In this document: positions 13,912-25,705 of the stretch, piece after piece | Position numbering within the stretch: the first letter of the stretch is position 1 | Layout: every line of letters begins with the position of its first letter | NCBI GenBank assembly: GCA_951406725.2 | Contig: OX597816.1 | Coordinates: forward strand, 25,978,001 to 26,042,000 | Source of the DNA: Octopus vulgaris | Taxonomy: Eukaryota | Length of the DNA stretch: 64,000 nucleotides | Reading direction: 5' to 3' | The notes under the pieces: generated by a model | Seen by the model: only the letters and a program-made list of their open reading frames with translations | Database searches by the model: none | Told to the model about the DNA's origin: nothing | Translations under genes and position numbers: made by a program

Positions 13912-14122
13912 GCGGTGAGCTGGCGGAAACGTTAGCACGCCGGGCGACATGCTTAGCGGTATTTCGTCTGCAGCAAGGTTCTGAGTTCAAATTCCACCGA
14001 GGTCGACTTTGCCTTTTATCCTTTCGGGATCGATTAAATAAGCACCACTTACGCTAAATCCGTTTGTCTATCCTTGTTTGTCCCCTCTGTGTGTAGCCCC
14101 TTGTGGCAGTAAAGAAATAAGA
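13912..14122 (+). mobile_element. SINE family B
   Basis: Matches family B head, core and tail. Confidence 0.85.
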
Positions 14123-14442
14123 AATGAAGACTGTTGGGATCTGTTGAAATATGCCATTTTATTGTAAATGAGATCCATTCAAGTAGTTCAATAAATTTAG
14201 TTCTGACTCTTTAGCTTATAAACAGTTTAATGTCATTTACATTCCCATGGATGAATAAGTCTACATTATTAGTGCAAATGCTTTTTATAATTGTTGATAG
14301 ATCGACTAGGTTAATGCCGCAATTGTCTATCGCAGCTGTATTGGGTAACTGTAGTAGTTTTACGTTGGTACAAAACACTTATATAATAATTAGCAATTTT
14401 CATCATTAATTGGTGCTTTTTATGAACGAACCTTAATTTGTT

Positions 14443-14640
14443 CGAGGGTGAGTCAAAAATTATACGCACTTTTGTTTTTTCAGTGTATTTACCCAAAAGC
14501 ATGAGTAAAATAAGTACGTAATTTTTCTATATTGTAATCCATCCTTTTCGATGCACTTAGTCCAGCGGTACACAAGCTTGTGTATTCCCTCCAAGAAGAA
14601 GGTTTTTCGGTTGGTCTACGCTTAAGCAGAGGACGGTCAC
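14443..14640 (-). mobile_element. mariner transposon 3' remnant
   Basis: TIR-like start cgagggtgagtcaaaa; minus strand encodes QPKTFFLEGIHKLVYRWTKCIEKDG, the mariner transposase C-terminal pattern. Confidence 0.8.
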
Positions 14641-14649
14641 ACACCTTTA

Positions 14650-15900
14650 AAATCGTAATGTTTATAATACATCTATCTCATAATTATTCATCAAACAGCG
14701 TATATTCAGTTTCTGGTACTAAATCTACTTCTATGTTTTAATTTTGTTTTGTTTTTTTCAGCCTGCCTGATAATAACACATTTTTACTTCTTTATCGTGA
14801 CTCAGCGAACTACATTAATTTGTTTCTGTCTATTGTGAGTAATTTACATAGATTTCTGTCCTGATAAGGGCGGTTTTTAAATGTTTTCATTTGGGTGTGA
14901 TATTCTCTGTGTACAATTAATTGTTTCCTTTTCTTCTAATTTCCTAAAAAAACTCGCATTAATTCAGTCACTCCTGAATTCTTTATTTTAAAACTGTAAT
15001 TAATTACTAGTATGGACAGTAATGATAATATCAGTTAATAATTATATATCAGTTGGTAAATTGCTCTGTAGGGATCATTCCTTCGGTATTTACGCTTAAC
15101 AATCTCTTGATCCTTACTTGTGAAACTTAACTACATATAATACCAAAATAATACTATATTCTAGACAATTATTATAATTTAATTATATAAATAATATTTA
15201 TAATTTATTATTTTTACAAGGTGATGAAAACAGATTTTCTCTCATCTTAGGGAAAATAGCATTCTTATCCAACCTCTATATAATTGACAAATGTTTTTTG
15301 ATATGCCAAGACCTTTAAATATGCCATCCGCTTCTCTTCCCAGGCGCTTTCTTTTTCTGCGGAGCTTCCTGTTAGTCATAAGTCCTTTTAATCTAATACT
15401 TTCTTTCCTCTAACTACTACTCTCTGAAATTAACTACCATCGTTTTGCTTTCATCTGGCGTATGATGTTCAGTGTTTCTGAATCAAGCTTTCTTATTTCT
15501 TTACTGCCCACAAGGGGCTACACACAGAGGGGACAAACAAGGACAGACAAACGTATTAAGTCGATTATATCGACCCCAGTGCGTAACTGGTACTTCTTTA
15601 ATCGACCCCGATAGGATGAAAGGCAAAGTCGACCTCGGCGGAATTTGAACTTAGAACGTACAGACAGACCAAATACCGATAAGCATTTCGCCCGGCGTGC
15701 TAACGGTTCTGCCAGCTCACCGCCTTTCTGAATCAAGCTTTCTGTCAATCGACAACACTTGAATTAGTAGACCTTTTCTTTCTTTATGTTTGTTTAGGCT
15801 ACAGTGACCTGAAATATTGTTTGTGACAACCTCGTACAGGAAGGAACAAAAGAAGTAAAAAATATTCATATGCAAAGTAAATTTCGAGAAACACTACGTG
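14650..15900 (-). mobile_element. Highly degraded R4/Dong-like LINE fossil
   Basis: Minus-strand remnants resembling GGRGL (about 15775), W..K.MHG (about 15330) and the RLE IQTD..DK..K.C region (about 14780-14850) occur in the expected order; weak. Confidence 0.35.
15494..15724 (-). mobile_element. SINE family B with a perfect 19-bp TSD
   Basis: tttctgaatcaagctttct at 15475-15493 and 15725-15743. Confidence 0.92.
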
Positions 15901-16246
15901 ACTAACTTCAGAAGATGACTTCAATCTGTCGGTAACGACGATCCGGGTTTTGTTTAATCCGATCAACAAAGCAGCCTAATTGTGAAATTAACGCGCAAGT
16001 GACTGAGCACTCCACATACACGCGTACCCTTAACGTATTTAGCAGGAAGGTTCAGCATTACACAGAATGTAACAAGGCTGGTCCTTTGAATTACAGATAC
16101 GACTCATTTTTGACAGCTGAATGGACTGGCGGAACATAAAATAAAGTGTGTGACCAGGATAAAATTATTATTATTATTATATTCTATTTAGTTTATTCAT
16201 ATCTTCTAAAGTGTGAAGACGAGTGACTTAATGGTTAGAGTATTCA

Positions 16247-16465
16247 GCAGAAACGTTAGCACGCCGGGCGAAATGCCTAGCCGTATTTCGTCTGCCGTTA
16301 CGTTCTGAGTTCAAATTCCGCCGAGGTCGTCTTTGCCTTTCATCCTTTCGGGGTCGATAAATAAAGTACCAGTTTCGCACTGGGGTTGATGTAATCAACT
16401 TAAACCCTTTGTCTATTCTTGTTTGTCCCCTCTGTGTTTAGCCCCTTGTGGGCAATAAAGAAATA
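16247..16465 (+). mobile_element. SINE family B, lacking the first bases of the head
   Basis: Matches the family B consensus from gcagaaacgttagc onward. Confidence 0.9.
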
Positions 16466-16520
<55 letters not shown>

Positions 16521-16751
16521 TATTGCCTTTGCACAGCTTCTAACGCTGTTCACTGCCGGTGAAATCATAAGTGACGTCAATGAATCACCGAAGCTTCGCA
16601 ATACTGAGTCGATGATTCACCGATTACTGGCCTGTAGAGTGCTTGAAGTGTAGGCGTGCGGTTGTGTACTAAGTTCACATATTCCATTCACCTTCATAAT
16701 GCCAAGAAACTGTATAAACACCGGTGACTTAACATTCAAGTCACTAAGACG
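16521..16751 (+). repeat. Direct copy of 11022-11252
   Basis: About 230 bp, roughly 8 substitutions by eye, same (ATT)n junction. Confidence 0.95.
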
Positions 16752-17399
16752 CGATCAAGGACACGACTCACAATCGTGTGCTGAATACTCTAACCATTAA
16801 GTCGCTCGTCTTCACACTTTAGAAGATATGAATAAACTAAATAGAATATGTGTAAGATGGAATTTCTATCTTGCTCTCAAACAATTGAGAGATTAAAGGC
16901 CCATGATGGCGTATGATTATTTAACAAAGTAGGGCGGGTTTACGCTAGTTGTGTTTTATAAACTTCAGTTGAGTTAGGAATATGTTTTCTTAATCAGACT
17001 ATGTTGCTTAATACCAAACATAAATTCCCTAATGTGGATGGTTATCATTTAGTGCTCTAGGAAAATTATGTAACACAAAACTGAGCCTAAGAATTAATAC
17101 TATTTAAAAAATGCTTAACTTTGACTGAAAACAATATCTAGGTTAAAACATCTACACAGATATTCGAGTTTATGCGGGTGATTAGCAGAGTCGAAAGGGT
17201 GTCGTCAATAATGTATAACGATATTTGTTTTAGCTCTCATTATTAAGTTCAAATCCCACTGATGTTATACAAAAAGTGACTTTACCAATGGTTATCGCAT
17301 TGCAATTGAAACAAATGATGAGAATAAGGCGGCGAGTTGGCAGAAACGTTAGCGCGCCGGGCGAAATGCTTATCGGTATTTCGTATGATGAAACACAAC

Positions 17400-17930
17400 C
17401 AAGACAATGTTTCTGCATAAAAAGATGATATTTGCGAAGTTGTCTGTTAAAGTAATGGATAAAAGTGGAGAAAGTAAAAACCACTCTGATGATGCAATGG
17501 TAATTGACCACCATCTTATCAATCTGAAAGATGCCTTTTCTGCTTCCAATACGGGATGAAGCTAATATAAAATTAAGGCCTGTGCTGATATTCTGTCAGC
17601 TGCATCATTCCCAAACGGTGAACAAATGTCGCTTTCTGTTTTGTTTTGTTTTTATCAAATAGGAACTCCCTCACATCAAATTTTTAACTGGGTCGCTTTC
17701 ATCAGGCTAGCGTCGACCGAGAATAAATTCAGTGTCCGCATTAATATTTGCTTTAAATGTTTTGGATTATTTCCTAACAGACATTGTCCTACAATACTAG
17801 CAGACATGTTTCCTGTTTGCCATAATCTCTGCTGATAATGAAATTCAAACTGATGCTGGCTGCAGTTTAGAACAACCGTCTAGAGCCAATAATCAAATCT
17901 ATTGAACCCCAAAGAATGATTTGTTTAGTG
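17400..17930 (+). mobile_element. Degraded hAT (Buster/Charlie-like) transposase C-terminus
   Basis: Frameshifted remnants IDHHLINLKDAF, FW, CPTILA, LC*, NNRL, SIEP follow the order of the hAT dimerisation region (HL..L..F / FW..YP.L / YLCE..FS / RNRL / S.IEP). Confidence 0.4.
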
Positions 17931-18302
17931 ATTAGATCTTAATCAAAACCATATTCATTTGTATTATGTGTATGGTATTTCCGTAAGAAGCGTTTTGTCC
18001 TGGATAGAACTTACTCCAATCAAACAATTTTGTGCGCGTCCAACGAGTTAACAAAGATAAATGCCAGTACCAGCGCCAAAACCTGTAACTCTTATCTCGT
18101 GATTTGAACGTTTCTAAAGTAATGCTTCTCCCCATATTCGAAGAGGCCCAACAAAATAGTACTGGTAAGAGCTCCTTATTCCAGAAATCGACGATATAAA
18201 GAGACCCGAAAACACACACACACACATACACACAAACATGCACAAATATACATACATATATACAAACATGCATGCATTCATACATACATGTGTGTGCGTG
18301 TC

Positions 18303-18355
<53 letters not shown>

Positions 18356-18601
18356 GTGTGTGCGTGTGTGTAGGTAAGAGCTCGCTATTTCAGAAATAGG
18401 CGACATAAAGAGGCCTGAAAACACGCACGCATTCACACACACACATGCACAAACATATATACATATATACATACATACATGCAAGCATACATAAATGAAT
18501 GTACATGCGTGTGAGTGTGTATGTGTATGTGTCTGTGTGTGTGTAAGGGTGTATCTTATGCAAGTAACGCCTTTTTAATACACATACATTTTAATGTTTC
18601 T

Positions 18602-18804
18602 ATTACTCTTTTACTCTTTCACTTGTTTCAGTCATTTGACTGTGGCCATGTTGGAGCACCGCCTTTAGTCGAGCAAATCGACCCCAGGACTTATTCCTTG
18701 TAAACCTACTACTTATTCTATCGGTCACTTTTTTACAACACCATAATTGGTTTTCAAGCGATGTTGGGGGGCACAAACACAGACACACAAACATATACAC
18801 ACAC

Positions 18805-18891
<87 letters not shown>

Positions 18892-19340
18892 TGATTATAT
18901 TCACATATTACTTGATAAATTTGTTCGTAAAATTTTTTACCGGCATGCCTTATATCGCCGGGTATATTTTGCGTCTGCGCAGAGGTTTGAAAAGTTAAGA
19001 TTTACAAATTGTTAGATCGACACATGGTCTAACGCTCTGTGCATCTAGAATTAGCAGAGGCGTCCCGCTGACGAACCTTGCCTTGGCAAACATATTCTGT
19101 CTGTTTTGCTAGAAAGAGGTAGAAACTGATCAGTCCGGGATATATCGTTAATGGTAAATGTTTTTGATTTTCACTATCGATGAATTTATCCCTTTTTGTG
19201 TCTCTAGCACTAGGCTTCCTTATTTGGGAGCCCTTTATTATTATATTTCTATATGAATAATATTTTGTCTAATGACTAATTCGTCTTATGTGCCAGGCCA
19301 CTGGTAATAATAATCTATGTTATTACCCTCTTTGATTATA

Positions 19341-19419
<79 letters not shown>

Positions 19420-19585
19420 ATACGACAGTCTTCTTTCTGTTTCCCTCTACCAAATGCACTCACAAGGCTTTGGTCGGCCCGAGGCTGTAGAAGAAGGCAC
19501 ATGCCCAAGTTGCCAGGCAGTGGGACTGAACCCAGAACAACGTGGTTCGTAAGCAAGCTACTTACCACACAGCCATTCCTACGCC
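18602..19585 (-). mobile_element. SINE family C split at its internal (TA)n by a younger insertion
   Basis: 3' half at 18602-18800 and 5' half at 19420-19585, same strand and colinear. Confidence 0.85.
18892..19345 (+). mobile_element. Penelope-like element 3' fragment with a degenerate hammerhead (19052-19111)
   Basis: CTGACGA-acc ttgcctt gg-CAAA-ca tattc tg-TC core; upstream frameshifted PY..G..C.L..EKL.I resembling the Penelope GIY-YIG C-terminus; tgattatattca at both ends; flanked by (TA)n. Confidence 0.55.
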
Positions 19586-19949
19586 TTTTTCTATGTGAAA
19601 ACTAATCAAAGCCCTTGTTAATATCACAAGTTTTATCATGCTGTGAACTGTAAAGAGGATCAAAGAATTTTGTTGTAAATAATGCGAACAATCTACGTGC
19701 TGTATCTGCTACTGTTATTTCCTGTTAGTTGTCTTTGGATAAACCTTCTGTGGTTTGCTTATATATTTGTTTGCATTCATTTCTGTCTTTGAAAATACGC
19801 CTAACATTATAATGATTGCTTCTGCTTTCGATCCCCACGGTCTGTATTTCAGAGGTATTTATTTATATCTGTAGTTTCTCCATTTCTTTCAGAGAATGTT
19901 TGTCTTTCTTTGAAATCGATACGCCAAATAGGATATCTTCTAACCATTA

Positions 19950-20350
19950 TACCTTTACGTGTTTCAATCATAACACTGTGGCCATGCTGGAGCAAAGCCT
20001 TGATGGGTGTATTCGAACAAGTCGATTTAAATTATTATTTTCTTTTTCAGCCTGGTACTTATTTCATGGGTCTGTCTTGCTGAACCGTTAAGTTACAGGG
20101 ACGTAAAAAAACGAGCAGCTGTTGTGAAGCGGATTTAGTGGAATAAACACAAAAAAATATACGTAAACAGATACGCACACTTGCATAAAGCACACACTTA
20201 AATACAGAAGCACACACACACACACACACTCCTATATATATATATATATATATAATAGTAGGGAATATAATTCCAAACTTACAGGGAAAAATTCAATTCA
20301 GCAATTCTAAATCAAATTTCGCGATATACCATAAAGTTATTTCCCTTAAT

Positions 20351-20440
<90 letters not shown>

Positions 20441-20575
20441 TATATATACGCTGGACTTCCATCTACTAAATACACTCTCAAGATATTGGCGGAGCTGGGG
20501 TTTATAGCCGAAGACAGTTGCCTAAGGAGACGCGCAGCGGGACTGGACGCGAAGCTACGTGAGTGCAAAGCACAC
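19950..20575 (-). mobile_element. Old diverged SINE family C
   Basis: Degenerate tail at 19950-20170 and head at 20450-20575 around an expanded internal microsatellite. Confidence 0.6.
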
Positions 20576-21864
20576 ATTGTTTTGTAACAGTTTTTTGTCT
20601 AAAACTCACTATCAGCAATTCACTGAACATGGGTAATTTGCCAATTTTCTGTGAACTTTACTAGTGATTTTTCGAATCATATCCTTTCTTAATGAGTGAG
20701 TAATTACATGACAGTCTGTGATAACTAAGATCAATGTTTGTTTCTCCACACTCACCAAATACTCTGCAGAGTTCTATACGTTGCTTCTTCGTCAGTATTT
20801 TCCTATGAGAAGTGTGTTTGCTTTTTTTCCTAAACCATTCAAAACCTTTGCCCTCAGTTTTGAATACGGGAATTTTCAGACAATGCTGATGTTTTTCCTT
20901 GTTTTGTTTTATTATTTTTGGTAGTTTCTGCTTTGTCAGGGTTTGCGATGGATGCCCGTGTTCTTAATTTTTTTTTTTTGTCAAACCTTTAGCCTGAAGC
21001 TTGGTAGTTCCATTTTTAATTTAGGTTTTAGTTAAAAAATATTTTCTGTTATATTTTTTTCCTTCATTCTTATCGCAGCTGTCTGTAATTGCACCCTCTG
21101 TTTTATGTTCGTTTGCTTCCCTGAAAACAGAACTTATTGTTTGTTTTTCCCATTTTATAGTTTTAATGTTTTTTCTAGCTTCTGCAGTAATTATTTTAAA
21201 ATAGTTTTCTGGTTGCAGAAGACATCTACCACCCATTATCTAGGTTTGGGTGGTATTCTAAACACAGTCATTTCTTTCCATGTTTTCACATCTAGTTTTA
21301 CCAATCTACTTAACTCTTGTTCTGAATATAAATTGCAATTTATTACTGGAAGAGCCAGACTATTTGCACTTAATGCCTTATGTTTGCTGTTTAGATTTTC
21401 AAGATTTAAGCCTGTAATTTTATTTGTTTATGTAATACACGTTCTAGTTAATTAAATCCTTAGAATTCGTAAGTGTGCTTTTTTTTTAGTTCTCTTATCT
21501 CTGAATCTTTATCTGGTTAAATATTCTGGTTTTTATTAATTTTCCTGTTTTCAAAGTTGACTTCACGTAATTCCCTAACCCAATTTCATGCCAAGTTATT
21601 TTCGTTTACTACTGAATATAAATCAATGCTTGTGAGAGAGTTACCAGTTGCTTTATATGTGCATCACAGTTTCGCCCTTATTTCGTGTTAAAGTTGAAGG
21701 TTTTTGAACCACAAAGTAAAGAAACAGAGAAGGAACATCCAGTAATTACCAAAAATAAAGTTATCATTTCTTGGATAAATTTATTTCTGTTGAGAATTGA
21801 TTTGCTTTCAACAATTCTGTTTTGATTTGTAAACTTATGTTTATCCATATTCATAATAAATAAA

Positions 21865-22105
21865 TGCGCCCTTTTAAAGCTTAGCCAGGCTCATGGGCCC
21901 GGTTTCTATGGCGTATGTGTTCTCCAGCTGGACGAGACGCCAGTTTTTCGCAGCGTTACTCATTTTTGCCAGCTGAGTGGACTGGAGCAACGTGAAATGA
22001 GGTGTTTTGCTCAAGAACACAGCGCGCAGCCCTGTCCAGGAATCGAAACCACAATCTTACGATCATGATGCTGACACCCTAACCACTAAGCCACGCGCTT
22101 CCACA
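21865..22105 (-). mobile_element. SINE family D (different tRNA head, CORE-like block, tail type 1)
   Basis: Head gtggcttagtggttagggtgtcagcatcatgatcgtaag..ggtttcgattcc; core cttgagcaaaacac..ctccagtccactcagctgg; tail shared with family A; second copy at 55220. Confidence 0.85.
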
Positions 22106-22608
22106 CCTATATTCATACCAAATTTAAAATACCTGCCTGTTACTCGGGGACTTAGTTCTTGGCTAATATTTACACAATCCCGAAGAGAGGGTATTAGAAG
22201 CCTCTTGAATGAAACTATGTCCAGACACATCTTTCTCCTCTATTAACTGATATTTGATTATTACGTTTCACACATGGAAAACATTTATCGACTTAATTCT
22301 TTTAATTATCGTCACTTTCGCCCATATGTTCATTAGTGTAGCTGTGTTTCAGATATTCTTAGTATAGTGTAGATTTGCTAGAATTCGATTTGGACGAGAT
22401 TTCATTGTATTGATTATCCCCCTAGTTTTTTTTTGTCTAGATTTATGTTAGAAATCTTTATATGTGAGCCAGTTTGAGTCTTTTTTACTTTCTTCGAAAA
22501 TTCCAGCTTTTCCAGTCTTTTATACAAATCTCTGGTTACACAGAGAAGTACATCTATGAAATTAAGTACAAATGAAAATCTATAATCTTAATACAAGTCC
22601 AAGTTGTA

Positions 22609-23003
22609 GAAGTGGCTGTGTGGCAAGTAGCTTGCTTACCAACCACATGGTTCCGGGTTCAGTCCCACTGCGTGGCATCTTGGGCAAGTGTCTTCTGCTA
22701 TAGCCCCGGGCCGACCAATGCCTTGTGAGTGGATTTGGTAGACGGAAACTGAAAGAAGCCTGTCGTATATATATATATGTGTATATGTGTGTGTGTTTGT
22801 GTGTCTGCGTTTGTCCCTCCCCCCAGCATCGCTTGACAACCGATGCTGGTGTGTTTACGTCCCCGTAACTTAGCGGTTCGGCAAAAGAGACCGATAGAAT
22901 AAGTACTAGGCTTACAAAGAATAAGTCCTGGGGTCGATTTACTCGACTAAAAGCGGTGCTCCAGCATGGCCGCAGTCAAATGACTGAAACAAGTAAAAGA
23001 GTT
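22609..23003 (+). mobile_element. SINE family C
   Basis: Near full-length copy. Confidence 0.92.
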
Positions 23004-23644
23004 ATAAATCTACTAGAATCTGTAAAAACCCAAAGTGATTCCTACACCAACGATATTTACTCTCAATATATTAGGGAATATTGAGGTTGCTCACTTTTAC
23101 AGTTATCATGTTATAAACATGTATATAGCAAAGAAACTTATACAATTCTGGGTGATTAACAATATTTCAGATTAATATTTGCGAACTGAGAAATAAACAC
23201 AGGTTTCTTATTATGATTGTCATTATTTCTATCGTGTGCTCATATATTTGTTCTAGCAATTTGGAGATTTATACTACACGCTTTCTTACATTTATGCAAC
23301 GAATTAATTCTAATACTTTCCGTATGAATTGTGTACCACGGCTTATTTTGAAATTAATTGGATTGTTTTCTTTAGCTTTTATTACCATTATGTGCTGAGC
23401 AGTTGGTGATTAGAGGGAACACCAGAATTATTTTATAAGGAACAATATGATTTTTATAAATGTTTTTTTTTTTTTTTTTGTTGAAAAAGTAACTGCATTT
23501 CTCACGATTGAAAAATAAAGATTTTGAACTGAGGGAACAGTAGAAATATCTGAAGAAATAAGCTTCCAGTTTCCCATTAAATTCATAAAATATTCTGTGT
23601 AAGCTGCTGTCTCATCATACAGCTGCACAATAATTTATACATTG

Positions 23645-23845
23645 TTTGTTCCTTCTCGAGCCACGCCTGGCTCATTAGGTTTCCCGGTTTCCTTGGCGTA
23701 TAGGTTCCCCACCTGGACGGGACGCCGGTCCGTCGCAGGTGAGCTGCAAGATGCAGGAGGAAAGAGTGAGAGAAAGTGGTGGCGAAAGAGTCAGCAGAAG
23801 TTCGCCATTACTTTCTGCCGGAACCGCGTGGAGCTTAGGTGTTTA
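23645..23845 (-). mobile_element. Family A-related SINE 3' fragment
   Basis: Diverged match to the family A core and tail 1. Confidence 0.7.
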
Positions 23846-24045
23846 TACATTAATGGGTATTATATAGAATAAATTTAGTTTCAGGCTTTGGCTGAATGAA
23901 AAGTAAAAAATAGATACTATGATAATATTTCTCCAATAGTACCATCAAAACAGAACAAATTTTCAGTTTCTCAAAATAAAATGCAACCTACTAGAGAAAT
24001 AGTGGCGTATAATCGCTTCGCCTCTGTCAAAGGCTCTACGAAATA

Positions 24046-24392
24046 GGGATCTTTTCACTTTGGCCGGCAGATTTTAAAAATAATTTTTGTAACTAAAAAC
24101 TTTTAAACTTCGTATACTGGTAGAATGTGTCACATAAAACATATTTTTCTCTTGGCGTTCTTGAGAAAATTCTGTAGTAATTGTATTCACCTCAATAGAC
24201 GTCATTGATTGGTTGAAATTGCCGAAATACGAAAAATTTAACAACAAATATCTTACAAACTACAGAATTTTCTCAAGAACGCCAAGAGAAAAAGATGTTT
24301 TATGTGACACATTCTACCAGTATACGAAGTTCAAAAGTGTTTAGTTACAAAAAATCAATTTTTGAATCTGCGGGTCAAAGTGAAAAGATCCC
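24046..24392. mobile_element. Foldback MITE with about 130-bp inverted arms and GGGATCTTTTC termini
   Basis: 24046-24177 is the reverse complement of about 24260-24392; related to the elements at 28401 and 39905. Confidence 0.85.
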
Positions 24393-25556
24393 AAAATAGA
24401 GCTAGATAAGAACATTTGCCTTTTTTTCCTTTCTTTCCTGTTTTAGGTGAGTATTTCTTTATGTCAACAGTTCTATCTACTGCCTACACTCATTCGGTAG
24501 AGTATCTGCGGGTGTCACACTTGCTGACCCACAGTATCTAGTTGTTGCGTTTGTGGATACTCTTTAAAAGTCAGTAGGTGCGGAACCGCTTTTTTTGTCT
24601 TCTTATAAAACCGTCTTTTTCAATGAGCTTCATTCCTGGCTTATACCATGTCCGGGTGAAACTAGTTAGGTTTGGTGAAATTTGATGTGTTAGCCGTTAT
24701 GGCGCCGATGAAATAATGGCCAGGATTATATTGACAGGTCCTGTGACCTTGTTTTGATCAGATGTTATTCTGTTACCGGATCATTGCGTCCGATTGGTAA
24801 AAACGGTGGGCGGTACGGTAGCGTTATGAGTTAAAGTACGGGCGAGTAAATATCATTAACTCCTACCCAAGAGGTACACGTGGGGTTTGCACCATACAGC
24901 GGTATAGTGTACGCAAGCACGCGCACTCTCGCACGCGCACGCGCACTCTCGCACGCGCACGCACGTACGCGCGCATATTTATAAACGTCTTTCTGATTAT
25001 CTTCCTCCTATATCTATCTCTGTGTATACGTGCATACATACATACATACATATATATATATTGAGAGCGAAAGAGAGAGAGAGAGAGAAAAAAAGAGAAA
25101 TAGAAAGAGTCAATTCAAATAAGAAATTCAGATAAAAGAATAGAAAGCGGACAAGGGAACGTACATAAGAGATGTTTTTGCTTGATGCTCGGGGAAGAGA
25201 GACAGAGAGAGATTATATATTACAATTACATACATACCTATATATATATATATATATATATATAGTTAATCCAAACAAGAAAACACAGCAACGCGAGGAC
25301 GTGGAACAAATAAAATATTATTGGACGCTCAGGAAAGATATATATATATATATTCCCAGATTTCCCCACCCCCTCTCCACATCAGCCTCATTATTCTTCA
25401 CCTATCCTACCAAGAACTCAACACGACCTCGAACACACAAGTGCAAACAAGGGAGTCAGAGAAAGGCAGAATGCTACTTATATCTGAACACTACTACAGA
25501 AATATTCTTTTAAAAAAACTTTTGTTCTAATTTTTCTAAATTTAATTATTTAATCG

Positions 25557-25600
25557 TTACAGTTGAAAAGGTCTCAAAATGACCGAAACCAGTACTGAAA
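25557..25600 (+). ncRNA. Type I hammerhead ribozyme motif, U3-A8 core variant
   Basis: cag-TTGAAAA-ggtc tcaaaat gacc-GAAA-ccag-TA-ctg: stems I and II pair, GUA cleavage triplet. Confidence 0.65.
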
Positions 25601-25646
25601 GATTCACTATAAAATCATCTTAGCATTTTCTATTTTTGACTTGCTT

Positions 25647-25695
<49 letters not shown>

Positions 25696-25705
25696 TATAC
25701 ATATA

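Larger units (their letters stand above)
15925..16818 (-). mobile_element. Older CORE-like SINE (tail type 3) split by a complex insertion
   Basis: Tail and core at 15925-16150 resemble the reverse complement of 40825-41008; tRNA-like head at about 16752-16818. Confidence 0.6.
19640..24000 (-). mobile_element. Ancient long R4/Dong-like LINE fossil fragmented by later insertions
   Basis: Minus-strand remnants in the correct order: NWK..D (about 23560), HL..MD..K (about 21850), GGRCLL (about 21230), CR..GE.GET (about 20760), and RLE KEMEK..EI.RPW..IIMLG..QE..TAR (about 19680-19900). Confidence 0.6.

Noticed and set aside
14762-15877. Plus-strand exon candidates 14762-14835 and 15799-15877
   Set aside because: The splice-like signals lie antisense to an A-rich degraded LINE; the second has stops in all frames and the first gives no recognisable protein
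17932-18285. 117-aa Trp-rich minus-strand ORF
   Set aside because: Starts in a microsatellite, has no recognisable motif and no supporting splice sites
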